Positions 13,108-51,068 are shown, counted from the first letter of the whole stretch. The stretch: 63,312 bases of DNA, filler included, from Octopus bimaculoides (GCF_001194135.2; 4 parts of 3 records of this genome joined end to end with filler, not necessarily neighbours in it); one strand, 5' to 3'. Notes: generated by a model not told the origin, from the sequence alone. Numbers and translations are program-made.

Positions 13108-14264
13108 GTCGCGGTTTCAAAACGACGAAAATATTTTGACACATATGAAGTTTTAATGTTGAAGTGAAACGAACGGTATTTGTGCAGTCTTAAATGGTTT
13201 ACAAACGTCTTCCACGCTGCAATTGTTTTTTGTTTTAGCACACGCTCTTAGGTCAAGTCACTTGCTATGCAAGTACATCTCCGTAATTTTTTCAAATCAC
13301 TGTGGATAAATGCCAGCAATGACTTTCTCAGACTCTCCCAGATTCTAATTTCTAAACAGAAGTAATCAAGGGCAGGGAGTGGGGTTGCAAAAAATTCATA
13401 ATTTCTCACATTTTCTTTTTTAAAGCATATAAATGTATTTATGGTGGGAAATATTGAAAAACATCAATACATGCGAGACTGATAAAGAAATGAGGAGGGT
13501 TGTCTTTGGATGTGCTAGAAACAATAGCCAAATCGCCCTTAAATCACTTTTCCCTCTGAAAATATTAACAGTTAAAAATTTTTTTTTTTTTTTTTCACCG
13601 AAAATGCTCTTGCCTTGGTTTTGAAGTGCATAAAAAATTGATCAAAATAGGTCCGGTGTCGGATGATGAGGGAGGGGAGTGTAAAAAAAGGAGTTTTCAA
13701 AACTTATTTCATACAAGGATCCCCCCCAACCCCTTCATTTCGAAGGCAGACTGTGGTTTTAAAAAATGGGGAAAATCCCTGAAAAACTTTCCCCCACAAA
13801 TTTCTTCATAATCGTAATCTATGCCGCATGAAATGGATTTGTATAAATTTCCATTAAAANNNNNNNNNNNNNNNNNNNNNNNNNNNNNNNNNNNNNNNNN
13901 NNNNNNNNNNNNNNNNNNNNNNNNNNNNNNNNNNNNNNNNNNNNNNNNNNNNNNNNNNNNNNNNNNNNNNNNNNNNNNNNNNNNNNNNNNNNNNNNNNNN
14001 NNNNNNNNNNNNNNNNNNNNNNNNNNNNNNNNNNNNNNNNNNNNNNNNNNNNNNNNNNNNNNNNNNNNNNNNNNNNNNNNNNNNNNNNNNNNNNNNNNNN
14101 NNNNNNNNNNNNNNNNNNNNNNNNNNNNNNNNNNNNNNNNNNNNNNNNNNNNNNNNNNNNNNNNNNNNNNNNNNNNNNNNNNNNNNNNNNNNNNNNNNNN
14201 NNNNNNNNNNNNNNNNNNNNNNNNNNNNNNNNNNNNCTCTCACTCTCTCTCTCACTCTCTCTCT

Positions 14265-14560
14265 CACTGCAAAGCTTACAGATGGGCTGCTGAATTGAAA
14301 TCTCTATGTTGCTTTGATGGGAAAGTAAAACTTGACAAACTGCCTCTCCCTCTGTTGTTGGGCTACCGTGATGTTTGTTTAGAAATGAGAGATTATGACT
14401 GTGATAAACTAATGAAAGCAATAATTACTAAGCAAGTGAGCACTTTATACAAAGAAATAATTAGATGTAAAATATAAAAATAATTAGAAATGGGAATCAA
14501 ATGTGAAAATATTATCAAGGGGCTAGCAGGAAACCGCCCGGAGGCAGCCTTTCTGCTAGT
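14265..14560 (+). pseudogene. Helitron Rep N-terminal (Cys-rich) fragment, degenerate
   Basis: HCKAYRWAAELKSLCCFDGKVKLDKLP resembles the Helitron HCxAxxW/FxxExxxxCCxxGKVxLP motif; stops follow; adjacent to a large gap. Confidence 0.5.
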
Positions 14561-17138
14561 AATATTAATGAAGTTGTATGAACTAAATTCTCTCTGAGCA
14601 TCTCGTTCTTTTCTAATATGTCTTTTCTCCACTCATTTGTATTATAATCTTACTGATATGTGAATACCAGAGTATGCGTTTGCTTCATAAATCTTTATTC
14701 TCATATGTATAAGAGTTATTACATATTTTAAAAGTCTTTGGGAAGTGGGAACGTTATATTTTCTATATTTCATTTGATTCTTTATTAACGTTGTCATTCG
14801 GAGTTGTGGCTACTCAGCGTGAGCGTAAAATTACTAAACTACGTTTTGGTTTGTAATCGTACTAGAGAATTAGTGGAAACCATGTTGTATTGTTTAATCT
14901 GAATTTCGCATAATCTGATGAGCACCAAATGAACTGTCTTATTTATAATGGTTGCATTCCAATGGACTGGAAGTGTTGTCTTTAAGATAACACTGATGTC
15001 GTTTTCTCTTTTTTATTTTTCTTGGAGCTGGGTTATTTTTTTGCGTTATTTTTCAATCTTGAAAATGATGCATTCATTGAATATTTTATCATTTACTGTT
15101 TCCTTGCTTTTTTTCTTTTCATTTGTTCAATGTTTTAGAGTGTCTCGTAATTTGATTCATCTTTCTGTATTACTCAGTCACCAAGAATGGCATTTTTGCG
15201 AACCCTTGCACATTTGCCTGCATAAACCATGTCTTTTTGATATGAATCGTTTCAGGCGAGTAATTTTGTTTTATGCCAGAATAATGCAGTACTGGCGTAA
15301 TCTATTTGCTTTTCCTCAGTTGATTCTAACAGACTTTCTGAACATTGAAATTATAACGATATGAAGTTTGCTCTATGAAATATTGAGCAATAATTTATTT
15401 ATTTTTGAGCCCCACATTGTGAATTATACATAGCGTTATGATCCGAAAGAGAAAAATAAATCAATAAATGTGCAATATTGATGTTGGAATTACATTGAAA
15501 TTGCCGATGAAGAGCTACGCAACAACATTAAACTAGATAGCAATATCTGAATCATTAAATAAATAAGGTTTAGAACATAGAAGGAAGCTGAAGCATTACA
15601 TGATCCCCTATCTACTAATATTTCAATCAATCCAACGAATCAATAATTTCTCTCACACTGGTAATATATAGGCCTTCTTTAACCTTCTCGATGGTTTTTA
15701 GTTTCGGTAGTCTGATCGCCAGTTTTTGTTAAATCTGCCAATTTATCTGTCTTGTTTGTTGTTACCCCCAACCACCCCAGATGTAATTTAATCCGTCGCC
15801 TTTTTCATCCACCTGTTGTCACTCGTCGTTGGACGAGCGCAGCTAGTTTCATTGAGTCTATGAACTATACCATATAATTTATTTTGTTTTTAGATCCATT
15901 TTGTCTTATTGTCTTTCCACGTCATTTCAAGCTAAATGCATTCGCGACCGAGCTATTCTTCGTTTGCTTGTTATGCATGTTGTAATGTAAGAAGCTGTTG
16001 GGATAATGCTTTGATTGTCCATTCGTCTTTTAAAACCCAAGGATATTCTAATTTTTAAAATGGAATTCTCTTTTACCGAAGGCTTGTTTCCCACTCCAAG
16101 ATAATTGATCATTTTATTTCTTTGTTTTTACCTGAAGGAATACCAACAGTGTTGACATCTATAACAAACTAAGGCGTATAGCATAAGTCTTAGTTTGTTG
16201 CATATATCAGCGTCTTGAAACACGTTTACCATAATGTTACATCCTTCATCAAACTACATCCATGCAAGATAAGGAGAATCTATTTTCCCCAAACTGACAA
16301 GAAATGTTTCGGAAATTGCACTGAGAGAAAGATGAATTAGAAATTAGAATCGGCGGTGTACCTGCTACACACTTTCAATTTCAGACAATACAGTTCCCGT
16401 GCTAGAAAAACAAAAACAAAAAAACGATTGAACATTTCAAACTATATTAGAATAATTGAATACAGAAAGTGAAACTGTCGGAAATAGTACTCAGCAATCT
16501 GACAGCGAAGTCTCTGATACGAAAACTGAAGAAATAACTCCTCAAATAATAAACAATTACACCTAACAAGGTCGACTTACAACAACCAGCTATATTTATT
16601 TACTCTTTATCACCATGTTAAATTTCTTTGCACTATCAACATTTATTATCGTTTATTGTTTTTCCTTTACATCACTAATGTTCAACAAATCACTTAAGGC
16701 TAACATTACCTCTGTAAGTACCAAGTCACTTGCAACACCTGGATGTTTCTGTACAATAACCTATGTTTTCTCTCTCTCTTTTTAAAACAATATAACCATT
16801 ACCATTACCATATACCCATGTGAATCAAAAGCTTATTAAATACCATAATTGTACAGTTTAATATACTAACCTAATACCTGCCCTGTTGACGGAGAAAACT
16901 AAATGCGAAAAGTTCTCGTTTCACACTTTATTTGAATATTTATGACATGAGTTTGTTTACCAGGACACATCAGCTCTATAAATAGAATAATATGGTGAGA
17001 CATTTTACTGTGAAACTATTTTGATTTTTATATCAACATTGAATTCTACAAGAAATATTATATTAGAATACTATAATTATTTGGTATTTTAATTTATAGA
17101 ATTTCTGTATACACATTTTCCGGATAAATTCTATTTTC

Positions 17139-17883
17139 GGATCTTTGGGGTTTGACGGGCAACATTTTTTTTGTAGTGTTTTTGGTACCGAAACACTTTC
17201 AAACTTCGAATATTTGTATATTTTGTGGTATAGAACCGATAAAAAATTTTGTATTCGAAGTTATTTTATGTAAAAAATTGTCGTATTTCGGTAATTTCAA
17301 CCAATCACTGACGTCTATTGAGGTGAAAACAATTGATGCCGTAACGGTGTCATGGGATCTTTTCCCTTGAATAAAATTAGTCCCGTTGTTTGTCAACAAC
17401 AACTACCCGTGTTACTCTTATTTATGACATCGTTCGTGCGTTTGTACTGGTTTTAGCTTTAGGGTTTTAGGGTTAGGGTTCGGGTTTTAGAGTTAGNNNN
17501 NNNNNNNNNNNNNNNAACTCTAACCCTATAACTCATAACCATAACCATAACCCTAACCCTAACCCCAACCCTAACCCCAACCCTAACCCTAAAACCCTAA
17601 CCCTAAAACCCTAAACCCTTACTAGGGAATAATGATATAATTAAACAGGGAATAACACACTTGACACCGAACAGCAGTAACTGTATTCAGCTGAATAGAC
17701 GTCAGTGATTGGTTGAAATTACAGAAATACGACAACTTTAACATGAAATAACTTGCGATGTACAATTTTTTGTTAAGAAGGTTAAGAGAAGAAGTTGTTT
17801 TATATGACACATTCTACCAGTGTCCCAAGTTTGAAAGTGTTTCGTTAAGAAAACAAATGTTGCCCGTCAAACCCCAACGATCC
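17139..17883. mobile_element. Non-autonomous foldback DNA transposon (Merlin-like by GG termini and 8-bp TSD) with central telomeric repeats
   Basis: TSD CTATTTTC at 17131-17138 and 17884-17891; TIR GGATC(T/G)TTGGGGTTTGACGGGCAACATTT; further inverted blocks inside the arms. Confidence 0.75.
17450..17620. repeat. Degenerate interstitial telomeric repeats, (TTAGGG)n - 19-N gap - (CCCTAA)n
   Basis: ttttagggttttagggttagggtt on the left and ccctaaccctaacccc...aaaaccctaaccctaaaacccta on the right. Confidence 0.9.
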
Positions 17884-18458
17884 CTATTTTCCTTCATCGT
17901 GTTAATTTATGTATATATGTAAATCTGTGTATGAATCTTTTTAAATATACGCATATATAAATATGTATATTTACATACCTACAGACAGATATATGTGTGT
18001 ATCCGCATGTTTCTTTGTCAATGTCTTAGTTTCCTTCTGGTTTCATTCTTCATTGAAAATGCATAGCTTCCTTAGGAGAGAGAGAGAGAGAGAGAGATGG
18101 GGGTGAAAGGGAAAAGAGGGAGATTGATAGATAAATAGGTGAAAAGTGAAAGTGAGCTAGAAAAAAAGAAAAAAAGACAAACCGAATCACAAATAAAGTA
18201 AATAAGAAGAGAACAGAGCGAGAAAAGGGATAAATAGAAGAGGGAGAGACAAATACATAGAGCTAAAGAGGGAACAGAGAAAAGGAGAACCAAACATGAG
18301 AAGAGAGGGAGAAATAAAGCCAGGAATGAAAACATAGAAGCCGACAGAGGTAAGTAGAGCTAGAAATGAAAGAGAGTAGAAGTCAGAGATGAAGAAATAC
18401 TGAGAGTAAGAGAGAAATAATAGTGACAGAGAAATAAAAGTTCTAAACACTCTTGTTA

Positions 18459-18687
18459 CACATTTACCCCTCGCCATATCGCGGTTCACCTATCGCGGTT
18501 TATTATTTAAGTTTACGTCGATTCCTCCGTGGTGTTGTTTTGCATTTATAATAAAATAAATATATACAGATTATAAGAATAATTAAAAAAAATATACAGT
18601 ACAGTACTGTTTCTACTTCGCGGATTTTAACCTATCGCGGGGATTGGGGGTTGGAACGTAACACCCGCGATAGTAGAGGAATTACTG
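18459..18687. mobile_element. Tc1/mariner (pogo/Tigger-type) MITE
   Basis: Left end ta|ca...acccctcgccatatcgcgg and right end ccgcgatagtagaggaattactg|ta, consistent with degenerate CAGTAA-type TIRs and a TA TSD. Confidence 0.6.
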
Positions 18688-18788
18688 TATTCCCCAGTTG
18701 TCACGTATAAAAATCAAACGGAACTCAAATATACACATAAAACAAATATGTTAAGTACTTGTTATTTTGAAGTTACAAACATTAGCAC

Positions 18789-18827
<39 letters not shown>

Positions 18828-19279
18828 AAATAGGCACACACATGTATGCATGAGACCTATACTATTTTTCTCCCATTTCCTCCATCTCTCATTGATTCCC
18901 TTCGTCGCCATCTAAATTTCTTCAAAAGATGTTACGAACATATTTTCTCTTATTCAGCCACACCTTTTTTCTCTCCATATCTCTTTCTCCTCCATCTCTG
19001 TTCCATCCGTTCCTCCACATGTGCTTTAGCACATTACGTCACATTACATACCCTTTGAAGTTTCTCGGAACACTCGCACACAGCTACACACACACACACG
19101 TATAGACGCAGACTAATGCAATAGAGATTTGACTATAACATCTACCTATCTGCTTTCTATGTAATTTATCTGTGAACTACATAGTCAGCCCAGTTATCTG
19201 CTCATCTATTTATCAACGTATTATATATTAATCTATCAATCCAAATGGACACGAATGCTATTTCTAGAAGCCGAGCAAA

Positions 19280-19356
<77 letters not shown>

Positions 19357-19645
19357 TACTACATATATATACGTGCGCGCGCGTGTGGTGTGATGTCTGG
19401 GCTAAATTTGACGAAATTTCATATCTTTTTTTTTTTTTAGGAACAGCTTGATGTATTGGTGGATATTCAAAGGCGTTGGAGAGCATAAAGATTAAAGTTG
19501 TAGTTGAGGACTGGAAGCCATATGAATATTGGAAAAGAGTTACCTATATCGTGATGTTCGCATCAGGTATGAAAATGCTGACATCATGACTGCTGCTTAA
19601 TGCTCTGTAAACACCGTAAAGGCTGTAAGACATGACGTGGACATT

Positions 19646-20250
19646 ATGAAAACCGAATTCCCTTAAACTGTAATGGTCTTTGGGTGTGTCACCAGTGAGT
19701 GTGACGTAATGCCGGCTCACATCTTTAAACAGGGCACTGGATTCAATTTAGATGGTTATGTGAAGCTGCTGTTGTTAAACTAGCTGGAGAGGGTTGCTGC
19801 TGTAAGGTCGTATGTGGGGCAGTAAGATTCAGCTCCTTGCCTTACCCCTGGGAAGAGTCAAGAGAAATTGTCAGAGACTTTTTACGACTTCACCAGTACC
19901 AATTTCCGGCCTTCTAATCCTCGCGATTGTAACCATTGGGATTATAAGTGTGGAATGCGGTTGAGAACGACACCAGCCTCTCTGCCTGCAACACTAAGAT
20001 CAAAGAGGTGGCCAAGCTCAAGGTGGTGTTCGAAGATATTCCCAGGGGCATAGTGGGAACGCTTGTGCCAGGTTCTGGAGCTATCTTGAGGACGTGGTGG
20101 AAGCTAAAGGCAGTTACTTTGAGTAAATTGTTATCTCCCACCATAATTTCGTTGATATTTAAAAAAATTTTAAATCGCTTTTATGATTTCGATGAGATAT
20201 TATGTTTTCTCGTCCTTTTATACAAATTGTAAAATTTAACCGGAACACCA
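19646..20250 (+). pseudogene. IS630-Tc1-mariner transposase relic, DD37D (maT) type, C-terminal half
   Basis: MKTEFP*TVMVFGCVTSECDVMPAHIF...Q*DSAPCL...RDCNHWDY, then after a frameshift WNAVENDT...KVVFEDIPR; 37 residues between the second and third catalytic Asp; ends in a TA run. Confidence 0.85.
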
Positions 20251-20742
20251 TATATATATATATATATANNNNNNNNNNNNNNNNNNNNNNNNNNNNNNNN
20301 NNNNNNNNNNNNNNNNNNNNNNNNNNNNNNNNNNNNNNNNNNNNNNNNNNNNNNNNNNNNNNNNNNNNNNNNNNNNNNNNNNNNNNNNNNNNNNNNNNNN
20401 NNNNNNNNNNNNNNNNNNNNNNNNNNNNNNNNNNNNNNNNNNNNNNNNNNNNNNNNNNNNNNNNNNNNNNNNNNNNNNNNNNNNNNNNNNNNNNNNNNNN
20501 NNNNNNNNNNNNNNNNNNNNNNNNNNNNNNNNNNNNNNNNNNNNNNNNNNNNNNNNNNNNNNNNNNNNNNNNNNNNNNNNNNNNNNNNNNNNNNNNNNNN
20601 NNNNNGGAAAAATTAAAAGTTTTTTAAAAGAATATTTGCATAGTATTCAAATGCAAGGGGCATTTTCCTTGTTTCTGCCTGTCACTGTCTCTCTTGTTTA
20701 CTCTTGTGGGTTCGAGGTCGTTGTGAATTCTTGGCAGAGAAA

Positions 20743-20785
<43 letters not shown>

Positions 20786-20829
20786 CGAGAGTGTTATGAT
20801 AGTAGTAGGATGTTAAATGGTTAAGTGTG

Positions 20830-21235
20830 AATTTTTTTTTTATGCGATGTGGGAGTTCGTTGGTGTAATTCTCTAGCCAGAATTGAATTGCCTCTATTCC
20901 TAGGTTGTGGGGGATATTGGAATAGAGGTTGACTACATCGAATCTTTTTGTCGAGTTTACCGCTTTTATTAAGAGGGGATTTACAATCGAATTGTTAAAT
21001 TGTACATGGGACTATAACTTTGTGTTTACGTCATTGAATCAGCTAATGGTGGATGTTCTGTTATACTTTTGTGTTAATCCTGTCACTTGTCTAATCTTGA
21101 ATGTGATTATCTTTTTGTTCAGTACATCTAATTCATCTTTCGTTAGCTTGATTAGTCTGTACAAGAAATCTGCTAAGGTATCTGTTTTGTGGTCTGTCAG
21201 AGTGTTGTAAAATTTTGACCATGCTGTTTAATCTA
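20830..21235 (-). pseudogene. Penelope-like element reverse transcriptase fragment
   Basis: FDVVNLYSNIP followed (frameshift) by HNLGIEAIQFWLENY, a typical PLE RT motif region; internal stops. Confidence 0.7.
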
Positions 21236-21704
21236 TATCTATTACTAATTCCTGCGTTTTTCAGCAGATTGTGTTGTACACACACATGCACGCGCACGTG
21301 TGTGCGTGTGTGTGTGTATATATAATTTACAATTCTAGCTTCACGGTCAGATTATAAGGAAGAGGAAGAAAAGTAGAAGAATAAGATTAAGCGTTTAAAG
21401 ATAAAATGTGATAAAGTGATGCAGGCTATGGAATTCCTGATGTATATCTAGTAACAAGAGTATTCTAACTGTATGATGACATCTGGTAGTCAATAACTGC
21501 AGACGAGCTTTGCATAACATACTACAAGATTTTTACCCAAATTTTATTCAACTACATAAACACACACATGCGCGAGCGCNNNNNNNNNNNNNNNNNNNNN
21601 NNNNNNNNNNNNNNNNNNNNNNNTTAATTAATTAANNNNNNNNNNNNNNNNNNNNNNNNNNNNNNNNNNNNNNNNNNNNATATATATATATATATATATA
21701 TATA

Positions 21705-21744
<40 letters not shown>

Positions 21745-22052
21745 TATTCCCCCTCCCTCCACACGGTGATGTCTATCCGTTGTTCAGGAGGTCAAATTAG
21801 ACCAAAATATGGCTAGAGTTATCTTCCATGCTTGCCAAAAGAAACAAAATATTGCTAATTGTTATTTTCTTTCTGCATAATTATTTTAAAGTTGTGCTTT
21901 TGAATGTTCCTAGCATTAAATATATTGACTTTAACTCAACTATTGGTTAGTATGCACACCAGGGCTTAAGTTTGATACAAATTACTAAGGAATAAACAGG
22001 TTCTCTGAGAGAACATCGGATCTGAGTTAATCCATGCCAAAATTCTACTTAC

Positions 22053-46720
<24,668 letters not shown>

Positions 46721-46957
46721 CTTTAAAGTAATGGAATTAAGGTTAAAATCTTAGATACATAAAGAGAATTTCAAGAGTATTTGTTTCAGAGGCAAAAAGG
46801 TATTTATCGGTTGAATGAAGCATTTATGTCATACTCTTGATGATTTGCTACAGAATAATTTGTTCGTTCTTCTGTTTTTATTTTCTTCTTTACCTTGTTT
46901 CAGCATTAGTGTTTCACCTCGTCCATTCTTTCTCGTTTGCATACCACAAAAATACTT

Positions 46958-47321
<364 letters not shown>

Positions 47322-47610
47322 TACGCGTGCACAAACATGTTGACAGACAATCAGTTATACTAAAAATACTGGCTTATCTAAAAAATAAAAAAGGGAAAAC
47401 GGATGGTCAAAGATATAGGATTTTTGACTATACCAGAACTATACTATACTATTTTGACTATACTAGAACTGGCCTGAGTCTGAAACAAAACACCAACTGT
47501 AACAGCTTACATACAGCCATAAACACATTTTTGAATTCGTACAGCTAAATTCAAATATTCTTTTGCAAACTCTCTAATGCATATATATATATGAATATAT
47601 ATATATCAAT

Positions 47611-47828
47611 TCTTTCTAATTTTGGTACAAGGCCAGCAATTTTGAGCTGAGGAAAGAAATCGATTAATTCGATGCCAGTGCTCAACTGGTATTTACTTTA
47701 TTGACATCGAGAGGATGAAACACGAAGTCGACCTCAGCGGCATTTGAACTCAGAACGTAAAGGAAATGCAAAAAATACCACTGAGCATTTTTGTCCGGCG
47801 TACAAATGATTCTGCCAGCTCGCCGGCT
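47611..47828 (-). mobile_element. SINE family C (inverted partner of 47068-47291)
   Basis: Homology to the other copies. Confidence 0.8.
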
Positions 47829-48105
47829 TTTGCATACATGCATACACACNNNNNNNNNNNNNNNNNNNNNNNNNNNNNNNNNNNNNNNNNNNNTTAATTA
47901 ATTAANNNNNNNNNNNNNNNNNNNNNNNNNNNNNNNNNNNNNNNNNNNNCATCAACTTATTCGAATTTCATGTTTATGATCATCAGACAATATGAAAACT
48001 GGAATATATGAGTGTGTGTGTGTCTATGTAATATATATATTATTTACATTATAATTCACTCAGAGTTTGTGAGTGAATTTGGTAGATAGAAACTGTGAAG
48101 AAGCT

Positions 48106-48313
48106 CTGTTCTATATTTAAGAGATGAGGAATTATGTACATTATTTACATTATTTACATTTGATGGATATTTGTCTTCATCTTGTTTGTTGTTAACACAA
48201 CATTTCGGCTGATATACCCTCCAGCCTTCATCAGGTGTCTTGGGGAAATTTCAAACCTGGGTTCTCATTCCTAAGGTAGTTTTCGATGTTATTATCACTA
48301 CGCCATATGCCCA
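48106..48313 (-). mobile_element. tRNA-headed SINE-like element with hammerhead module (head partly deleted, followed by an inverted head copy at 48314-48347)
   Basis: Reverse complement matches 53158-53429; a 34-nt palindrome is centred on cccatggg. Confidence 0.8.
48194..48239 (-). ncRNA. Minimal type I hammerhead ribozyme motif (Penelope-type), core intact
   Basis: GACAC-CUGAUGA-A-GGCUG(GAGGGUAUAU)CAGCC-GAA-AUGU-U-GUGUU: stem I, catalytic core, stem II and loop-less stem III. Confidence 0.65.
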
Positions 48314-49094
48314 TGGGCATATGGCATAGTAGTTAAGAGCGTAGGCTTTTTTTTCAATGAGGGCCAAAAACCAACAATACCTACTGTCCATTCCTATGAC
48401 GACGACCACCACCACCACCACCATAGAAATCAAAGTAAATTTTTCTGTGAAATTAATTCTTAATTTCTTGAAGTTATTTCCCCCCTTTTTAAGTAGTTAA
48501 CAATTGCTGCAAGGTTTTTGTTTTCCTTCTCTGACTAAGAGGCAAATTTCAATGAAATTAACACCAGAGATATGACGAACATCACAGGCAGCTGTCTGAA
48601 ACTGCCGCCATGATACTATCAACCTGTACACCACAATGTATTAACGGCCAGAACACTTATACAAGGCAATCTGTAAAAGGAATAAATCGGAATATCAAAA
48701 CCTGAGAGGTTCTTGGGATAGGGAGGCTGTACACACTGATAATATGAATGACTATTGATGGAATGTTACTAGCGAAAATTACTACTACTACTACTATCAC
48801 CACCACCACCACTGTTACTCCCACAACTCTCGTTACTGCTGGCACCACTACTACCACAGCTGCCGCTATCATAATTAAGATTCTATTACTCCTTTGAGAT
48901 TTTTCTTTGATAGTTAGCTGCATCAAGTGTTTTAAATAGCATAACTGGTAGCGAATAATGAGAGAGAAAGGATCAAAGAGAGAGAGAGGGAGGGGGGGGG
49001 ATAATAGCACTGATAGAAAATATCTCAGGGTGCATGTTATGCGATATATTTATATACACACATACATACATGTGTACATGTGTATGTGTGTATG

Positions 49095-49152
<58 letters not shown>

Positions 49153-49345
49153 GGTGCATGGCTCAGTGGTTAGTGTGTCGAGCTTACGATCGTGAGGTTG
49201 TAAGTTCGAATCCCAGACTGGGTTGCGTGTTGTGTTCTTGAGCAAGACACTTTATTTCATGTTGCTCCAGTTCACTCAGCTGTAGAAATGAGTTGTGACG
49301 TCTCAGTTGCCAAGCTGTATCGATCTTTGCCTTTCCCTTGGATAA
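49153..49345 (+). mobile_element. tRNA-headed SINE, family D (5' part)
   Basis: A box tggctcagtgg, B box agttcgaatcc, then gttcttgagcaagacact; related copies at 49840-50150 and 61697-61850. Confidence 0.8.
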
Positions 49346-49839
49346 CAATTGGATAATCCTTGACTCTTGGGATTATCTCCCCTTCTCAAGTGGACCTGGT
49401 CTCAACTGCCATTGGGTAATTATGAAGTATCCTCTAGAACCACCTATAATTTTAATAAATCAAAAATTTATATTGTATGGTATTTGATATACCTGCATAT
49501 ATCTACATTGTTCGGATACATGTCATTGGCCACCATGAGTTATCCCTCTTACCTCATTTTCATTTATATAGCAGACCTGGAAGACTGGGGGCAATGTCAC
49601 TGATGAGGTCACAAATGGTAATGAAAGGGCTTCGACAAACAACTGATTGATTGTTTAATCAACAGATTAACCCCTTAGCGTGTAATCAGGCCATATCCAG
49701 CCTACACATTCTACCTGTTTTGTTTTCAAACTAACCAGATCAAGAATCTTACACCTACCCTGCAATGTTATTCTAAAAGTAAACAAACACATCATAGAAA
49801 TCTTGAAGCTATGAGGAAAATGCATGAATTAATTCAAAG

Positions 49840-50150
49840 CAGTGAAGGTTAGAGACTGGTTAGAGTATTGGGCTCAAAATCATGAGGTAGTGAGTTCAAT
49901 TCCCAGACACTTTGTTTCACATTGCTCCAGTTCACTCAGCAGTAGAAATGAGTTGCGATGTCACTGGTGCCAAGCTGTATTGGCCCCTTTACCCTTCTTT
50001 GGATAACATGAGTGATATAGAGAGGGGATGCTGGTATGAATGGGTCACTGCTGGTCTTCCTTAAACAACTTTGCCCAGACTTGTGCCTAGGAGGGTAACT
50101 TTCTAAGTGCAATCCTATGGTCATTCATGACCGAAGGGGGTCCCCTAATT
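49840..50150 (+). mobile_element. SINE family D, longer copy
   Basis: Shares gctccagttcactcagc...agaaatgagttg...gccaagctgtat with the 49153 copy. Confidence 0.75.
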
Positions 50151-51068
50151 CAAAGCAATGTGAATAAATAAGCATTATAATTGACAGAATAATCTGAATG
50201 CTAAAGGGTTAAACAAACAAGCAATTAGCTGGTTAAATAACTAACCAACTGACTTATAATAAAGAAGTGATATTAAACCAGTGTGTGTGTTTATTATTGG
50301 CCTAATGACCCTCTCTAGATACTAGAGTAAGCAATAGGTGGAAAGAAACAATAGAAGCATTAAGGAAATTCCTCTCATGATTTATATCTCCAATCTATTT
50401 CCTGTTGTATCTTATTTACTCAGCTTTGCACGCATCACTCGTCATTCTAATTAGTAAGTTGTTATAAAGCTGTTTGTTAATTGTTCACGTTTTTTTATAT
50501 ATTTCTTTATCAGGTGACCAGTATTGTAGTCCTTGTTGCTGCCATCATCCTCTCCAGCCCCACGTCTTATATTAGGTGAGTCTGCAGTCTGCTGCTTCAA
50601 TCAATTTTAATATACAAAAGCAAAACACATGGCAATTAGATTAACATCTTGTTGAACATGTTGCCATCGACCAAACCAGTTTTCCTCTTTCTTTGTTACT
50701 TTTAGCTTCTTTTTGTTTTATAATTTCTAGTTGCTATACAAACATACATTTACAGATATACATAAATATATATACATACATACATATATGCATACAAACA
50801 CACACACACATATGAAAGGTTTGATATCAGAAAGGTGATTACAGGTTGACAGGAAATGCATTGCTTCATAAAATTAACCTGACTTTTGTGTGCTGCGTCT
50901 ATGGGTTCAACCCCACCCTCTCTGATAGGTTCTGTGTGATTGGATACTTTTATGTATAACAGTAAAATGTATGAAGAGGAAATGAGGGTTAAAATGCAGT
51001 CACAATTGTAAATAAAACAATTGTTAATTCAGCCAAGGATAACATTGAATAAATTCTTTTAGCTTGAC

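Noticed and set aside
17450-17620. Telomere-telomere chromosome fusion site
   Set aside because: The repeats are short, degenerate and enclosed within a TIR/TSD-bounded element, so a transposon origin is simpler.
16100-21560. Several candidate MYRF terminal exons (e.g. near 16320, 16750, 18700)
   Set aside because: None combined a good acceptor, phase 0 and the expected C...Y.F.FYR.C-stop pattern.
21624-21635. TTAATTAATTAA inside an N run (also 47894-47905 and 56382-56393)
   Set aside because: Identical N44-12-N44 100-nt structure three times with stops in all six frames: an artificial scaffolding linker, not biology.
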